Assembly: GCA_040285745.1 (NCBI GenBank)
Contig: JAUFOR010000008.1
Span: 1,860,001-1,924,000 of the forward strand
Length of the DNA stretch: 64,000 nucleotides
Reading direction: 5' to 3'
DNA from: Barthelona sp. PCE
Lineage: Eukaryota
Below, in pieces: positions 40,496 to 50,944 of the stretch. How positions within the stretch are numbered: position 1 is the stretch's first letter; the number at the start of each line of letters is the position of its first letter. The notes beneath the pieces were generated by a model. It searched no databases and was not told the origin of the DNA. It saw only the letters and a list, made by a program, of their open reading frames with translations. Position numbers and translations under genes: made by a program.

Positions 40496-41434
40496 ATGTC
40501 TAAACATAGAGATCGCGTTTCTTTAGTATGTTCTAGTTTTCTTTGCTTCTTCTTCCTTGTTCTCCTCTTTCTAGAGATTGTGGCCATTGTTTCCACGTTC
40601 CTTCCCTTTGCATATCATGGAATTCCGGCCGAAAATTGGTTTACAGTTGAAGCTCTTGAAAAGCCAATTCTGAAGGCCGATGTTGAAGTTATCGTATCAT
40701 ACTTTGGGTTCCAAGCGCATCTATTCACTGCGAAGCATGCGGCAGCTATTCTATCATACAGAAAAGTTTATCCATCATCTTCAGTAATTCTGGTAACACC
40801 CAGCATCATTTCGTATGATTTTGATGGTATTGATGTGTTTAGAGAGAACAATATCACTGTTTACTATATGGGGATACCATATATGCAGTCAAAGACCAGT
40901 CATGAGAAATTAAAAAGAATGCAGTATATGTCACCTCTACAAAAAGCTTTGCTCACAATGGATGTACTCCACCAATGTGATCCGACAACGTGCATCTATG
41001 TTCACAGCGATATTGTACTGCAGGACAGAGTTCCATCTTCGCAATTCATTGCACAGCATCCAGAATCAAAATCATGCGCTCTCCGCATTAATAAGTCTTA
41101 TGCGAAGCGTCTTGTAGCTCTTAGCTCGGATGACGACGTGCTGGAGAGAATGAGCGTTCTATATGCACTGAAACAGGAAGAATTGTTCATTGCAAATGAT
41201 GTGTTTTTTCCACTTGCGCTTAAAGACATCAAAAACTACTTTTATGTGACGGATATCGGTGGGAGGGCGTTCTTAGACAATGTGTTTGCAAACCTTCTGA
41301 TGAGACAAACCGTTGGTATCTCTTTTTATGCTTTCAAATCAAAAGAGTGTAGTCCAATGGAAGGATCTGTCTTTAGCAGTGTTTTAAAAGCGACTGGTAT
41401 ACCAATGGGATCCGGTAACGGTTGCAAAACATAA
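40496..41434 (+). CDS. Type II membrane protein, possible glycosyltransferase
   Basis: N-terminal TM anchor, CIYVHSDIVL (DxD-like position). Family not certain. Confidence 0.5.
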   Translation: MSKHRDRVSLVCSSFLCFFFLVLLFLEIVAIVSTFLPFAYHGIPAENWFTVEALEKPILKADVEVIVSYFGFQAHLFTAKHAAAILSYRKVYPSSSVILVTPSIISYDFDGIDVFRENNITVYYMGIPYMQSKTSHEKLKRMQYMSPLQKALLTMDVLHQCDPTTCIYVHSDIVLQDRVPSSQFIAQHPESKSCALRINKSYAKRLVALSSDDDVLERMSVLYALKQEELFIANDVFFPLALKDIKNYFYVTDIGGRAFLDNVFANLLMRQTVGISFYAFKSKECSPMEGSVFSSVLKATGIPMGSGNGCKT

Positions 41435-41700
41435 CCCTCAAGATAGTATGGAAAGCATGTTATTTCGATAAATGAAGTTGTTCAATATATAAATATATTC
41501 AATATATCACCATTGAAAGGTTCTTTATTTATAAAGTAAAAAGATGATGACTAAAAAAATTTCTATTGCCACTTTTAAAGTACGCTTACATGTTGTGGGG
41601 TTTATGTGATATTTAATATATTCCTGAGAGCGGAATAGAGCGTGCATCAATTCAGAAAAGCGTTTCATTTTTCATCCCCTTATCAAGGCAGTATAACAAT

Positions 41701-42811
41701 ATGAGCCACATTGAGGATCAGATTGCTACTCTTCAGCACACCTTAGACGTACGTAACACATCTAAATACTCTCACATTGGAAGAATTTTTTCTACACTAT
41801 CCAGCACTATTTAATGATTTTCTTTAACAGAGGAGGATGTGTAATTGTTGTAGAAATAGAACAATTTTAAACATCATACTAGCACCTAGTAATTCTGCGA
41901 TTATCTTATTCAATATACTTGGATAGCATTTGCATCACGGAGATTTCTCTGAAATCACCATCGAAAAGCATTTTTGTTGAGTGATGACTCACAGTTTTGA
42001 AATATTTAAGGAGGTTCTTCACATTAGAAAATGAGGGTATTTTTACATGTTTTACACTAATATTTAGCAACATATTTCGAGTGGAAGCTACTTGAAGGCA
42101 CAGAAATGCAAGGATCAGATCTTAGTGCTGCAAAAGCAGCTTGAGCAGTTCGAGATCAGCTCCATGAATCATGAACATGATCAAGCACTAACCCATCTCA
42201 AGGACGAGCAGGCTCTGCGCTTCCGAGAGTTTCAACGCAAATGGAAGCAAATATTTGCATCTATTCAGGATGATGCTGAAGAGCATCGTGCCCAATTAAT
42301 TGCTAAGCATGAAAATGAACGTCAGTGCGTTTTAGAAGCTTTTGAATTTGAATCACAGAACAAGACTGTTAAGTTCTCTTCTGAACTTATTAATTATCGT
42401 CGTGTTGAAGGTGTTTTAGCTAAACAAGAAAAGTTTGCTGAGGCAGCTGAAATCAAGAAGAAAGCTGATGATTTACAGGCTCTTGAAGAAGAGAGGTATC
42501 TCATTAACAGAGAGAATGCCTTGAAGAATCGCATGAAACATCTAATTAAGAGACAGAAGGTTGAATACTCTGCTCTCGATCAAAGATTGTTTAAAAAGCG
42601 TCAAGAAAGAGAAAAGACTCGTTTAGTTGAGCTCAATCAATTGAAACTACAAATCTCTAATGAAAAACATCAATTGAGACAGAAGCAGAGCCTAGAAATT
42701 ACTGCTCAAAAGAGAGCTAAATCACCTCAACGTGTTGGTTCACCTAACTCATCCAGACGCAGAAGCCCAGGTAGAAACACTCGTTCTCCCTATGCCACAC
42801 CTAAGAAGTAG
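41701..42811 (+). CDS. Coiled-coil protein; two exons 41701-41748 and 42068-42811
   Basis: The track ORF starts at TTG. Upstream exon MSHIEDQIATLQHTLD joins in phase 0 to QHISSGSYLKAQKC. KFSSELINYRRVE..LAKQEKFAEA. Confidence 0.85.
41749..42067 (+). other. Spliceosomal intron (319 nt, phase 0)
   Basis: GTACGT...CACTAAT-ATTTAG. In-frame join. Terminal stem 41764-41774/42032-42042. Confidence 0.85.
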
Positions 42812-42947
42812 TGTATAATTTGTATGGTTTACCTAATAAATCAATGTATTTTCTCATCTTTTTACTGGAGTTAAAGATCCAACGCAAGGGAGGACGCCCT
42901 GTGAATCATATACCGCAGTTGCAAGTGCGTATTATTCTGATCATAGT

Positions 42948-43136
42948 CTAGGAATTTTTCAGAGCTTCAATAATGGCTTGCTCTCTATCTTCATCAAGAA
43001 TGTCGCGCCATTCTGACTGATACTGCTCAAATGCATCAGGGTTAAGCTGAGACACGTCCCATGAGCTCTGAAATTCATTAAACTCATCATCATCGTGTAG
43101 AAGGCCCTTAATAAGATCTGATGGTGTTGATGTCAT
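42948..43136 (-). CDS. SEM1: DSS1/Sem1 (proteasome lid and BRCA2 partner)
   Basis: 62 aa acidic protein with GLLHDDDEFNEF..W (cf. GLLEEDDEFEEF...W) and a C-terminal helix. Confidence 0.75.
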   Translation of the reverse strand: MTSTPSDLIKGLLHDDDEFNEFQSSWDVSQLNPDAFEQYQSEWRDILDEDREQAIIEALKNS

Positions 43137-43270
43137 ACGATTAATGGCTTCTTTTAAAGATACAAATACTGTAAGTTGGTTGAAAAAGTGAAACAAGAAA
43201 AATTTGAAAACTCACTCCTTTATTGTTTTTAATGTATTCATAAACCTTCAACACCCGAATAAGATCCACA

Positions 43271-45061
43271 CTAATAGTTGACAACCATGACTTCGCATTC
43301 TGTAAGAAATTCTTGCATTTCAATCTTTTGACAATCAATATCAAAAGCAGTACATTCATCGTTCAATACCAGGGTGTGAGTAATGAAACTGAATTCATCC
43401 CAATTTAATTCAGCTGCAACTAAAACATTTGGTCTTGGTGAAAAAACTATTAATCCAGCGGCATAAAACAGTTCAGGGACATCTAAACATCTTATCTTCC
43501 TGTGTTCTTCAAAAACACAAATACAATGTGAGAAACAAACACTTTTTCCAATAAAAAAATTATTATGGTCAACAAATCCACCTGAATATTCAAAAATATC
43601 GTTCTCTACTTCATAACGCAAGATAGTGCAACCATTGATCAGAATTTCATCGGAATAAAATGGATTACACCTTATGGAAATTACATCTTGATGATACTCA
43701 AACACTCTTCTTAACATAACAATACCAACCGAATCACAAGCTAACATTGTTATCACCTTACCACTGTGCAACCAAAGAACATTGGCACAAATCTGAAAAT
43801 GCTTCTGTCTTTCAATATCACCAACATGCTTGCCATTGACAATCACTTTGAACTTATCATGAATTTTTTGGGTATAGACAATCAGATTCCTGTTGAAACG
43901 CGGAAGACCACACCGACATTCATTAATGGTTGTTGGAGATTCTCCAATCAAGAGGTCATCGATAAACAAATGATAACTGCTCCTTACTTTAACAAAAATG
44001 CTCTTGTGCCACTGATTGTCATCAAAAAACAACCTAGTCTGGAGATATCTGTCATCATCGGGTGCTTGTCTAAAGATAGTAATAACGTTATGGTAGAAAT
44101 CCCATTCTTCATACTTTCTCAAACACAAATCAGAAGTTTGATACTCATTATATGGTGAAACCTTAGTGAATGCCATAATTCCATGCGTATTATACTTGAC
44201 AACCGGATAAAAAATCGTGTCATCACCTTCTTCTTCACAAACAAAAATTTTGTTATCAAGCATTTTGAAATCCCACACTTCACAATACACTTTCCCATCA
44301 TAGTACCTGGGTTTTGGAACAACATACCCTTCATATCTAATGAAACATCTGCATCCTGACGGAATATCATAAGTCAATTCTATTCTTCTACTGAAAGTTT
44401 CTGAAAATCCAAAACATCCTTCATCATCTTTCATGACAAAACGATTGTTTCCAGGAGTTCTATCGAGTGCATGGTAATCCATATAAATGGTTGAATGGTC
44501 ATCAATAAACAAAGGTGCATCAGTCGAAAAATCTAATATGCATCCAATCTTTCTAATCTTAAAATTTATCCAATACGCGATTCCATCTTGAACTAAAATA
44601 TCGTTTTCTGTTTTTAATAAGGGTGATGTATAAGGGAAAGATTCCTTACTAATCAGATCTATTAAAACAATCGTTCTATTATCATTCCATCTTATCCACC
44701 ATTGCGAATTTAATAATTCACCATGTATTGTTATCTCCAACTCCTCAACATTATAATGCCCAACAGTTTCAAAAATGTTATCATTAAATCTGAACATTTC
44801 AATAAAAAAAATTTCTTCTTCATTAAATGCATATCTGTAAAATAAGGTTGAATCAAGCTTTGTGTTCAAAAATGATGAAGTTTTCTGTTTGAATAGCTCC
44901 AAAATGTTCATGAAAGGCGCTTTTATACCTTGATCCCTGATTGGTGAAATGCAACATATATCAAAAAAATTTAACTCATCATTGTTACTTTGAAGAATCA
45001 ACTGGTCCCCAAAGCGAGAACAAGAAAACTTTTCTCCACTTCTAACAATAGCCCTTGGCAT
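43271..45061 (-). CDS. Hypothetical beta-strand-rich protein
   Basis: 596-aa ATG ORF, AT-rich, with many aromatic/Cys residues. No family recognised. Confidence 0.65.
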   Translation of the reverse strand: MPRAIVRSGEKFSCSRFGDQLILQSNNDELNFFDICCISPIRDQGIKAPFMNILELFKQKTSSFLNTKLDSTLFYRYAFNEEEIFFIEMFRFNDNIFETVGHYNVEELEITIHGELLNSQWWIRWNDNRTIVLIDLISKESFPYTSPLLKTENDILVQDGIAYWINFKIRKIGCILDFSTDAPLFIDDHSTIYMDYHALDRTPGNNRFVMKDDEGCFGFSETFSRRIELTYDIPSGCRCFIRYEGYVVPKPRYYDGKVYCEVWDFKMLDNKIFVCEEEGDDTIFYPVVKYNTHGIMAFTKVSPYNEYQTSDLCLRKYEEWDFYHNVITIFRQAPDDDRYLQTRLFFDDNQWHKSIFVKVRSSYHLFIDDLLIGESPTTINECRCGLPRFNRNLIVYTQKIHDKFKVIVNGKHVGDIERQKHFQICANVLWLHSGKVITMLACDSVGIVMLRRVFEYHQDVISIRCNPFYSDEILINGCTILRYEVENDIFEYSGGFVDHNNFFIGKSVCFSHCICVFEEHRKIRCLDVPELFYAAGLIVFSPRPNVLVAAELNWDEFSFITHTLVLNDECTAFDIDCQKIEMQEFLTECEVMVVNY

Positions 45062-45266
45062 GAATATAAAATATAGTTGTATGGAAAAAGTGTCAGAAAA
45101 ATAAACAGAGTGAGAGATGAATAGAGAAAAATAATACTACGTTTTTATGGTTAAAACTCTTTGTACATGTGATGTGGATATATCAAAACAGCTAAACCTG
45201 TTAATATTCCGTTATAGTGTTTTTAACCTTTTAAACTTTTGTTTTCCACATATACATTACGCTAAA

Positions 45267-48116
45267 ATGTCTGCAGTGGTAGCACCAGCACGCAGAAGGA
45301 AGCGGCGTAGAAGTAGCACACTAAATTTTGCTATAAATAGTTCGCTATCAACGTTTACAAGCGCTTTACCATTCACAATTACAGATATTGAGAATATATT
45401 TGGGCATGTACCCGGAGATGAAGTGCTTCAACTTTTTTCCACTTCCTCAACAAGTTTGACACGGTTGTTCGATTTTTGTGGAAATAGTCTTTTTACACTG
45501 GCGGGTAACATCAGATCAAACATTGCAAGAGTGATTGAACGATGCAGTGATCCTCTTCTCACAAACATTTTTTCTCGTTATGCACCCTTTATTGAATCGA
45601 AGCATAACTATCACATCACTGACAGGCTGCTTGCAATCTATGTACTTTCTTTTATGTTCCATGTCTCTGATCGATGTGTAGCAATTTGGCAAAAATACAA
45701 ATACTGTGATCGCTTAAAGACTTTATTAAACACCCCTATGAGAAAAGATCCTTCAACTGGGGAAATGACACTGCACCCTGTGCTATATCGGGAAATCTTT
45801 GCAGGGATTTTTTTTGGCAAGAAAGCCAAATTTTTTTTCGATGGGACTGTTTTACCTGTTTTTAACTCTTGGAATGATAACGATTTTGAGAAATTATGTG
45901 AAAGATCATCAGGGGTTGTTGACTTTTGTATCGAATATAATAACTTTGAGTTACTCAATAGAATATTACACCTTGCAACAATTAAAAAAAATGATTTGAT
46001 TGCAAGAAACGTTTTGGAATGTGCGTCGTTTTTCCCAAAAGAGATGTATCAGTATTCACTTATTAATGTGTTTCAATATATCATTGAGCGATACTTCTAT
46101 TCTTTATATCCAAAATTAGAAAGCTCTACCCACAAATTTAATAATATGAAACCGATACCTCGTCCAGAGATGAAGCATTATGCCCCGCATGTATTCACTT
46201 TCATGACTAGGTTCAGTGGTGTGAAGGGTAATTTCACGGCCTTCGATATGGATAACATCTTCCGTGCTTTCAGTCTTTTTACCGTCATGTCATCAAGTCT
46301 AATCCCTTCCTTCCGCCCAATCATGGTTGAGCTCTTCAAGCACATAGTAGTAACAAACGGCATGCATATATGTGACAACCTTGTTGTCGATGAAAACCAG
46401 GTCCAATTCGATAGGAGACAAGAGAAGGCCAACGAGTTCGGTGTCCCGCCAATAGATGTCACGTTAGACGATGAAGACTACTACGCGGCATATAATTTCA
46501 AGGCGTTCAGTAACCGCAGTCCACACCCGTCAGTAACCGTTGATAAGTTCATTCCGGTAATCAATGACATGCGCAGGAAGAAGATATATCAGTGCTTTCA
46601 CTCTTATATAAAGGAAACATGCACAGGATACATGGAAAAGATCGCACATGTTCTCAAGACGGTGATGAAGAAGATTGATATCTCTTACATTTTTTCAATG
46701 ACTGAGCCAGATATGGTCTTTCTCTTGAAATGTTCATTAAACGTCCCCATCAATGTGGTCGACATGCCAAGTTTCATGACAATTATCGAACAGATCCGAA
46801 CGTATATTGAGATAACACACTTTTTTGGTAATTTGGGTGAAGAAGAATACCGCCAACATAACATGGATTTAAGCGATCCGGATATGAGTGATGTGGACGA
46901 AGTAGCATCTCTGAGCAAGGAGGTTTCACTCGAATCCATGCTGCAACCCTTAGGTAATCACGATAGCATTGTTTTCGATGCAAAAATTGAAGCAAAGGAG
47001 GCGAATGGATTATCTTTTAATATTTCTAATGAATTGAGTGATGAAGGGAAGCAGTATCCTAACGATGTTGATCTGGGAGTGTTTCAGTTTGGACATCCTT
47101 CAGACACAGTTACGAGGCGAGAGCGAGAGAGTAATGTTGAAAAGCCAGAGCATTTCCCTCGCACAGCTGGTGGTCAGTTAAATAATCTCCAGCCATACTA
47201 TGACAGACGGCAGGGGATCGAGGCTAATTCTGATATTGAGAAAATACTCATTGATGTTAGACCCCTTTGCGATGTCAATGAACCGAACATTGAAAGATGG
47301 ATTGAGACATTCCATAACTTGCAGTACCCAATATGTTCACTGGTACAGCAGCTCTTCAGCCGAATTAATGTCTTTGCAATGCATAAGGTGCTTGATTTCG
47401 AGTATCACTTTGATCGTTTCGATATTTTATCCTTGCCATTTCAGGTTGCTGATAAAGAGACAATTGAATACATATTCCTACCGTTATTTGAGGAGGCGCT
47501 CGATTATCATTGGGATATCAATGAAAGTTATTGTCACTGTGAAGTTGAGAAAAGCGCCAAAACCCTTGATTTCATTTATGCTTTACGTGTTGTTGGTGTT
47601 GACATCACCAAAATCATCACAGATCTAGCGATGCGCACCATGCTTCGGTTTTTGGATCGCTTTGAGGATCACCCTATCAATTCTTATGAAAGAACCATTA
47701 TACGCTCAGTAGGCCGGTTTGCTTGTGCTGAGATTAGTGAAAGTAATAAGCAGGTGTGCTTTTCAATCTATAGGAAAGTGTTTTTATTGTCACACACAGT
47801 TGGTGCTGAAATCCTTGAGCCGCTCAGTTTTTGTCCATTTTTATATAGTTTTATCGAGGATATGGAGCCTGATTTCTATCTAGCTCTCGTTGCTGCTGCC
47901 AAACATGCGCTTAATGACTGTGATGAATCATGTTTTGTAGATACAAGCTTGTATTGTACTGTTAATGTTTTTGACAGACAAATCTCAGATATTCATAGAA
48001 ATAGCACTATAATTGACAGTGTTCAGTTTAGTGATCTTCAATTCTTTGCTGCAACACAACGGGATAAGAGTACAAGCATTGTAACATCCCAATACATCAG
48101 CTTACTTAACGGGTAA
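45267..48116 (+). CDS. Large hypothetical helical-repeat protein with N-terminal basic NLS-like motif
   Basis: About 950-aa ORF, RRRKRRR near the start. Confidence 0.7.
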   Translation: MSAVVAPARRRKRRRSSTLNFAINSSLSTFTSALPFTITDIENIFGHVPGDEVLQLFSTSSTSLTRLFDFCGNSLFTLAGNIRSNIARVIERCSDPLLTNIFSRYAPFIESKHNYHITDRLLAIYVLSFMFHVSDRCVAIWQKYKYCDRLKTLLNTPMRKDPSTGEMTLHPVLYREIFAGIFFGKKAKFFFDGTVLPVFNSWNDNDFEKLCERSSGVVDFCIEYNNFELLNRILHLATIKKNDLIARNVLECASFFPKEMYQYSLINVFQYIIERYFYSLYPKLESSTHKFNNMKPIPRPEMKHYAPHVFTFMTRFSGVKGNFTAFDMDNIFRAFSLFTVMSSSLIPSFRPIMVELFKHIVVTNGMHICDNLVVDENQVQFDRRQEKANEFGVPPIDVTLDDEDYYAAYNFKAFSNRSPHPSVTVDKFIPVINDMRRKKIYQCFHSYIKETCTGYMEKIAHVLKTVMKKIDISYIFSMTEPDMVFLLKCSLNVPINVVDMPSFMTIIEQIRTYIEITHFFGNLGEEEYRQHNMDLSDPDMSDVDEVASLSKEVSLESMLQPLGNHDSIVFDAKIEAKEANGLSFNISNELSDEGKQYPNDVDLGVFQFGHPSDTVTRRERESNVEKPEHFPRTAGGQLNNLQPYYDRRQGIEANSDIEKILIDVRPLCDVNEPNIERWIETFHNLQYPICSLVQQLFSRINVFAMHKVLDFEYHFDRFDILSLPFQVADKETIEYIFLPLFEEALDYHWDINESYCHCEVEKSAKTLDFIYALRVVGVDITKIITDLAMRTMLRFLDRFEDHPINSYERTIIRSVGRFACAEISESNKQVCFSIYRKVFLLSHTVGAEILEPLSFCPFLYSFIEDMEPDFYLALVAAAKHALNDCDESCFVDTSLYCTVNVFDRQISDIHRNSTIIDSVQFSDLQFFAATQRDKSTSIVTSQYISLLNG

Positions 48117-48508
48117 ATCGCTGGAAGCTTATATGAGGGATTCCCTTCTGAAACTGTCGATTCAAGAAGGAGCTAGATTCAATAAAATGTGAAAACGGTT
48201 TGAAGAGGTGTGTAGCTTAATGATTCAATATCATAATACTGCAATTTGATAATAAGTCAGTAAATAACCTTCTAAAGCAACGATTATGCCTTATATGGAA
48301 CATCTCCAACATACTCAGCAGCAAAATATCATCATTAAAACAATCAATGACACAGGTTTACTCTCATTGTGACACACTGTATTTTGTGAGATGCGCCTTG
48401 TGTTTTGCGATCGTTCAGGCATGAAAAACACAAATCTAAAGCAAGACCGTTTGTAGCAAATCGAAATTTGTTTTCGTTTTTTTTCCCCTATTCGTTTCTT
48501 TTTTCTAC

Positions 48509-48698
48509 GTATGACCGTGTCAAAGATTGGACTGTGTCACATAGCACCAAATAGGTAGCTGTGTGGCGTTACAGAAAGGAAGATTTTCTTTTTTTTCCAT
48601 ACTTTGATGTCCTATGATTTCTATTTTTGTTCTGTGGTTGCTTTTGCCCATGGTATATAGAAATATAGGTCTTATAAGCTGACCTTGCTTACATTTAG
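48509..48698 (+). other. Probable 5'-UTR spliceosomal intron of the CTL gene (190 nt)
   Basis: GTATGA...TGCTTAC-ATTTAG ending 3 nt before ATG 48702. Extensive internal hairpins. Confidence 0.7.
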
Positions 48699-48701
48699 AA
48701 A

Positions 48702-50567
48702 ATGTATTCTACTCCTGCAAACGAGGATACTACGCAGATGCCATCTGAGGAAGCCATCAAGAACTACGAGTCAATCATTGTTGACAGAAAGCGCCACGAT
48801 ACCCTGTGCTGCTGTTTGTTCTTCATTTTCGTGATTGTCTTCTTTGGTATTGGTTTACAGGCTATGTTCACCAATAAGATGTCCACACTCACTGCCCCTA
48901 TCGATGAATTTGGTAATTATTGTGGTGAAGCCAAATATAACCTTGTTAACGAAACTGCTAACAGATTCGATTGTACTTCCCGTTCCTACCTTTTCTACTA
49001 CGACGTCACATCTTCCATTGGCAAGAGCCGTTGTGTTACAACCTGTCCTGATGCTGTTGGTATATCTTCTTCTGGTGATTCTGACTATATTGGTTACAGT
49101 GGTATCGATACTGATCCTTACGTTACGTACCCTTCCCTTCCCGTCTTTGGCCGCTGTTTCCCTGATGTTTCCCAGCTCGCTGTTAACCTTAGTAATGCCA
49201 ACAGTACCGCCTCAAAGGTTGTCGCTTTCTTTGCTGACTCCTTCTCAACCCGTTTCATGGCTGAGCTCTCAGAGGGCAAGTTGAAGCTTGGTATCTGTCT
49301 CGTCATTGGTCTTGTCGTTGGTCTCATTTGGATCTGGTTACTTCGTTGTATGGCTGGTTTCCTCACATACCTTACCATCTTCGCCGTCATTGCTCTCTTC
49401 CTCTATGCTACATACTATACTTACTCTAGCTGGAAGGATCTAGAAGAGGAGTACAAAGAGACTAACAATGCTGATACAAAGGATGATGCTAATAATATGA
49501 AGTGGGTCTTCTATATCACTGCTGGTGTTACAGTCATCTTCCTCCTTATCATGCTTTTCCTTTGGTCACGTATCAAGCTCGCTGTCGCCGTCATTAAGGT
49601 CACCTCTCGTGCCGTTTCCGATATGCGTCAGTTGCTCCTTGTGCCCGTTGTCTTCTTCGTCATTGATATCCTCTTTATTTCCATCTGGTTCTACATCACC
49701 TTGATGCTCATGGCTCAAGAGGATGCCCTCACCTATAAGGATGGTCGTCGTATTTGGAACTACAGCACTAAGCAATACGGTATCCTCTTGTTCGACGTCT
49801 TTGCCCTCTTCTGGATCCTGTGTTTCTTCTCTGCCCTTTCTCAAATCACAACTGCAGGTGCTGTTGCTGAATGGTATTTCTACCCCTCAGAAGATAAAAG
49901 TGGTATGTCCAGTCCTGTTTGGGGTTCTTTCATGCGTGCCTGGCATTATAACCTTGGTTCTGTTGCTTTCGGTGCTCTCCTTGTTGCTATCCTTATGTTG
50001 ATTCGTTTCATTCTACGCATTATTGAGGAGCAGCTCAAGAAGAAGAAGCAACAAACCGCCGCTAACGTTGTTAAGTGTGTTAACTGTTGCCTCAAGTGCG
50101 TCCAGAAGATTATCAAGTATATCAACAAAAACGCATACATCTACATTGCAATCTACGGTGGTTCATTCATTAACGGTTGTAAGGAAGCTGTTCAGCTCAT
50201 TGTTGCAAATGTTGCCAGAGCCGCTACACTTGATTTCGTTGCTGATTTCTTACTCGTTATCGGTAAGGTCTTCATCTCTGCCATCACTGCTGCCATTGCT
50301 GCTTTCATGTTCAAGACTGATGTCGATTATACTTACAAATACTGGTTCATCCTCGCTGGTGTCGTTTTCGTCGGTACTTTCGCTATTGCTTCCCTCATCC
50401 TTGCTGTCTTTGATATGGCTGTTGATACAATTTTCCTCTGTTTCCTCGTTGATTCTTCTGAAGCTGATGATGAGGAAGATCGTCTCCGTGCTCCCAAGGA
50501 ACTTCAATCTTTCTACAAGTTGAACAAGAAGAAGAGCAAGAAGAAGGATAAGGAGGAAGAGGAGTAA
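48702..50567 (+). CDS. Choline transporter-like protein (SLC44/CTL)
   Basis: RKRHDTLCC, DEFGNYCG, CVTTCP, RIKLAVAVIK, YNLGSVAFGAL, YINKNAYIYIAIYGGSF, DTIFLCFLVD. Confidence 0.95.
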   Translation: MYSTPANEDTTQMPSEEAIKNYESIIVDRKRHDTLCCCLFFIFVIVFFGIGLQAMFTNKMSTLTAPIDEFGNYCGEAKYNLVNETANRFDCTSRSYLFYYDVTSSIGKSRCVTTCPDAVGISSSGDSDYIGYSGIDTDPYVTYPSLPVFGRCFPDVSQLAVNLSNANSTASKVVAFFADSFSTRFMAELSEGKLKLGICLVIGLVVGLIWIWLLRCMAGFLTYLTIFAVIALFLYATYYTYSSWKDLEEEYKETNNADTKDDANNMKWVFYITAGVTVIFLLIMLFLWSRIKLAVAVIKVTSRAVSDMRQLLLVPVVFFVIDILFISIWFYITLMLMAQEDALTYKDGRRIWNYSTKQYGILLFDVFALFWILCFFSALSQITTAGAVAEWYFYPSEDKSGMSSPVWGSFMRAWHYNLGSVAFGALLVAILMLIRFILRIIEEQLKKKKQQTAANVVKCVNCCLKCVQKIIKYINKNAYIYIAIYGGSFINGCKEAVQLIVANVARAATLDFVADFLLVIGKVFISAITAAIAAFMFKTDVDYTYKYWFILAGVVFVGTFAIASLILAVFDMAVDTIFLCFLVDSSEADDEEDRLRAPKELQSFYKLNKKKSKKKDKEEEE

Positions 50568-50610
50568 TCCTGTACTTAAATAAATCTCATTGGAATTTTT
50601 CTTCCTTTTC

Positions 50611-50865
50611 ATGAATACTTCAACTTCTACTTCAACAGGGACATCTGTTTCAACCTCTGTGGGCATGTCTACATCAACAGAACCTCAACACACATCTATT
50701 TCTACAACAACACAAACTCACAACGTATCTGTCTCTACCTCAACTAATATCGAACCTCAGTTGACAGACCAACAGATTGGTGACCTTCCTGGCATCATGG
50801 CGAACTTCGGAAGAATGCAACAAGCTATTGCACCTCGTACAAGGGTTATATTTACTGATGAATAG
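50611..50865 (+). CDS. Possible small Ser/Thr-rich protein
   Basis: 84-aa ATG ORF directly after CTL. Low complexity. Confidence 0.4.
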   Translation: MNTSTSTSTGTSVSTSVGMSTSTEPQHTSISTTTQTHNVSVSTSTNIEPQLTDQQIGDLPGIMANFGRMQQAIAPRTRVIFTDE

Positions 50866-50944
50866 TTGGATATCATACTGTCTTTGCAAATAGTTCTTGT
50901 AAAATCACTCCTTTTTACATCGTTTCGGTGTGGTATGTAACTTT

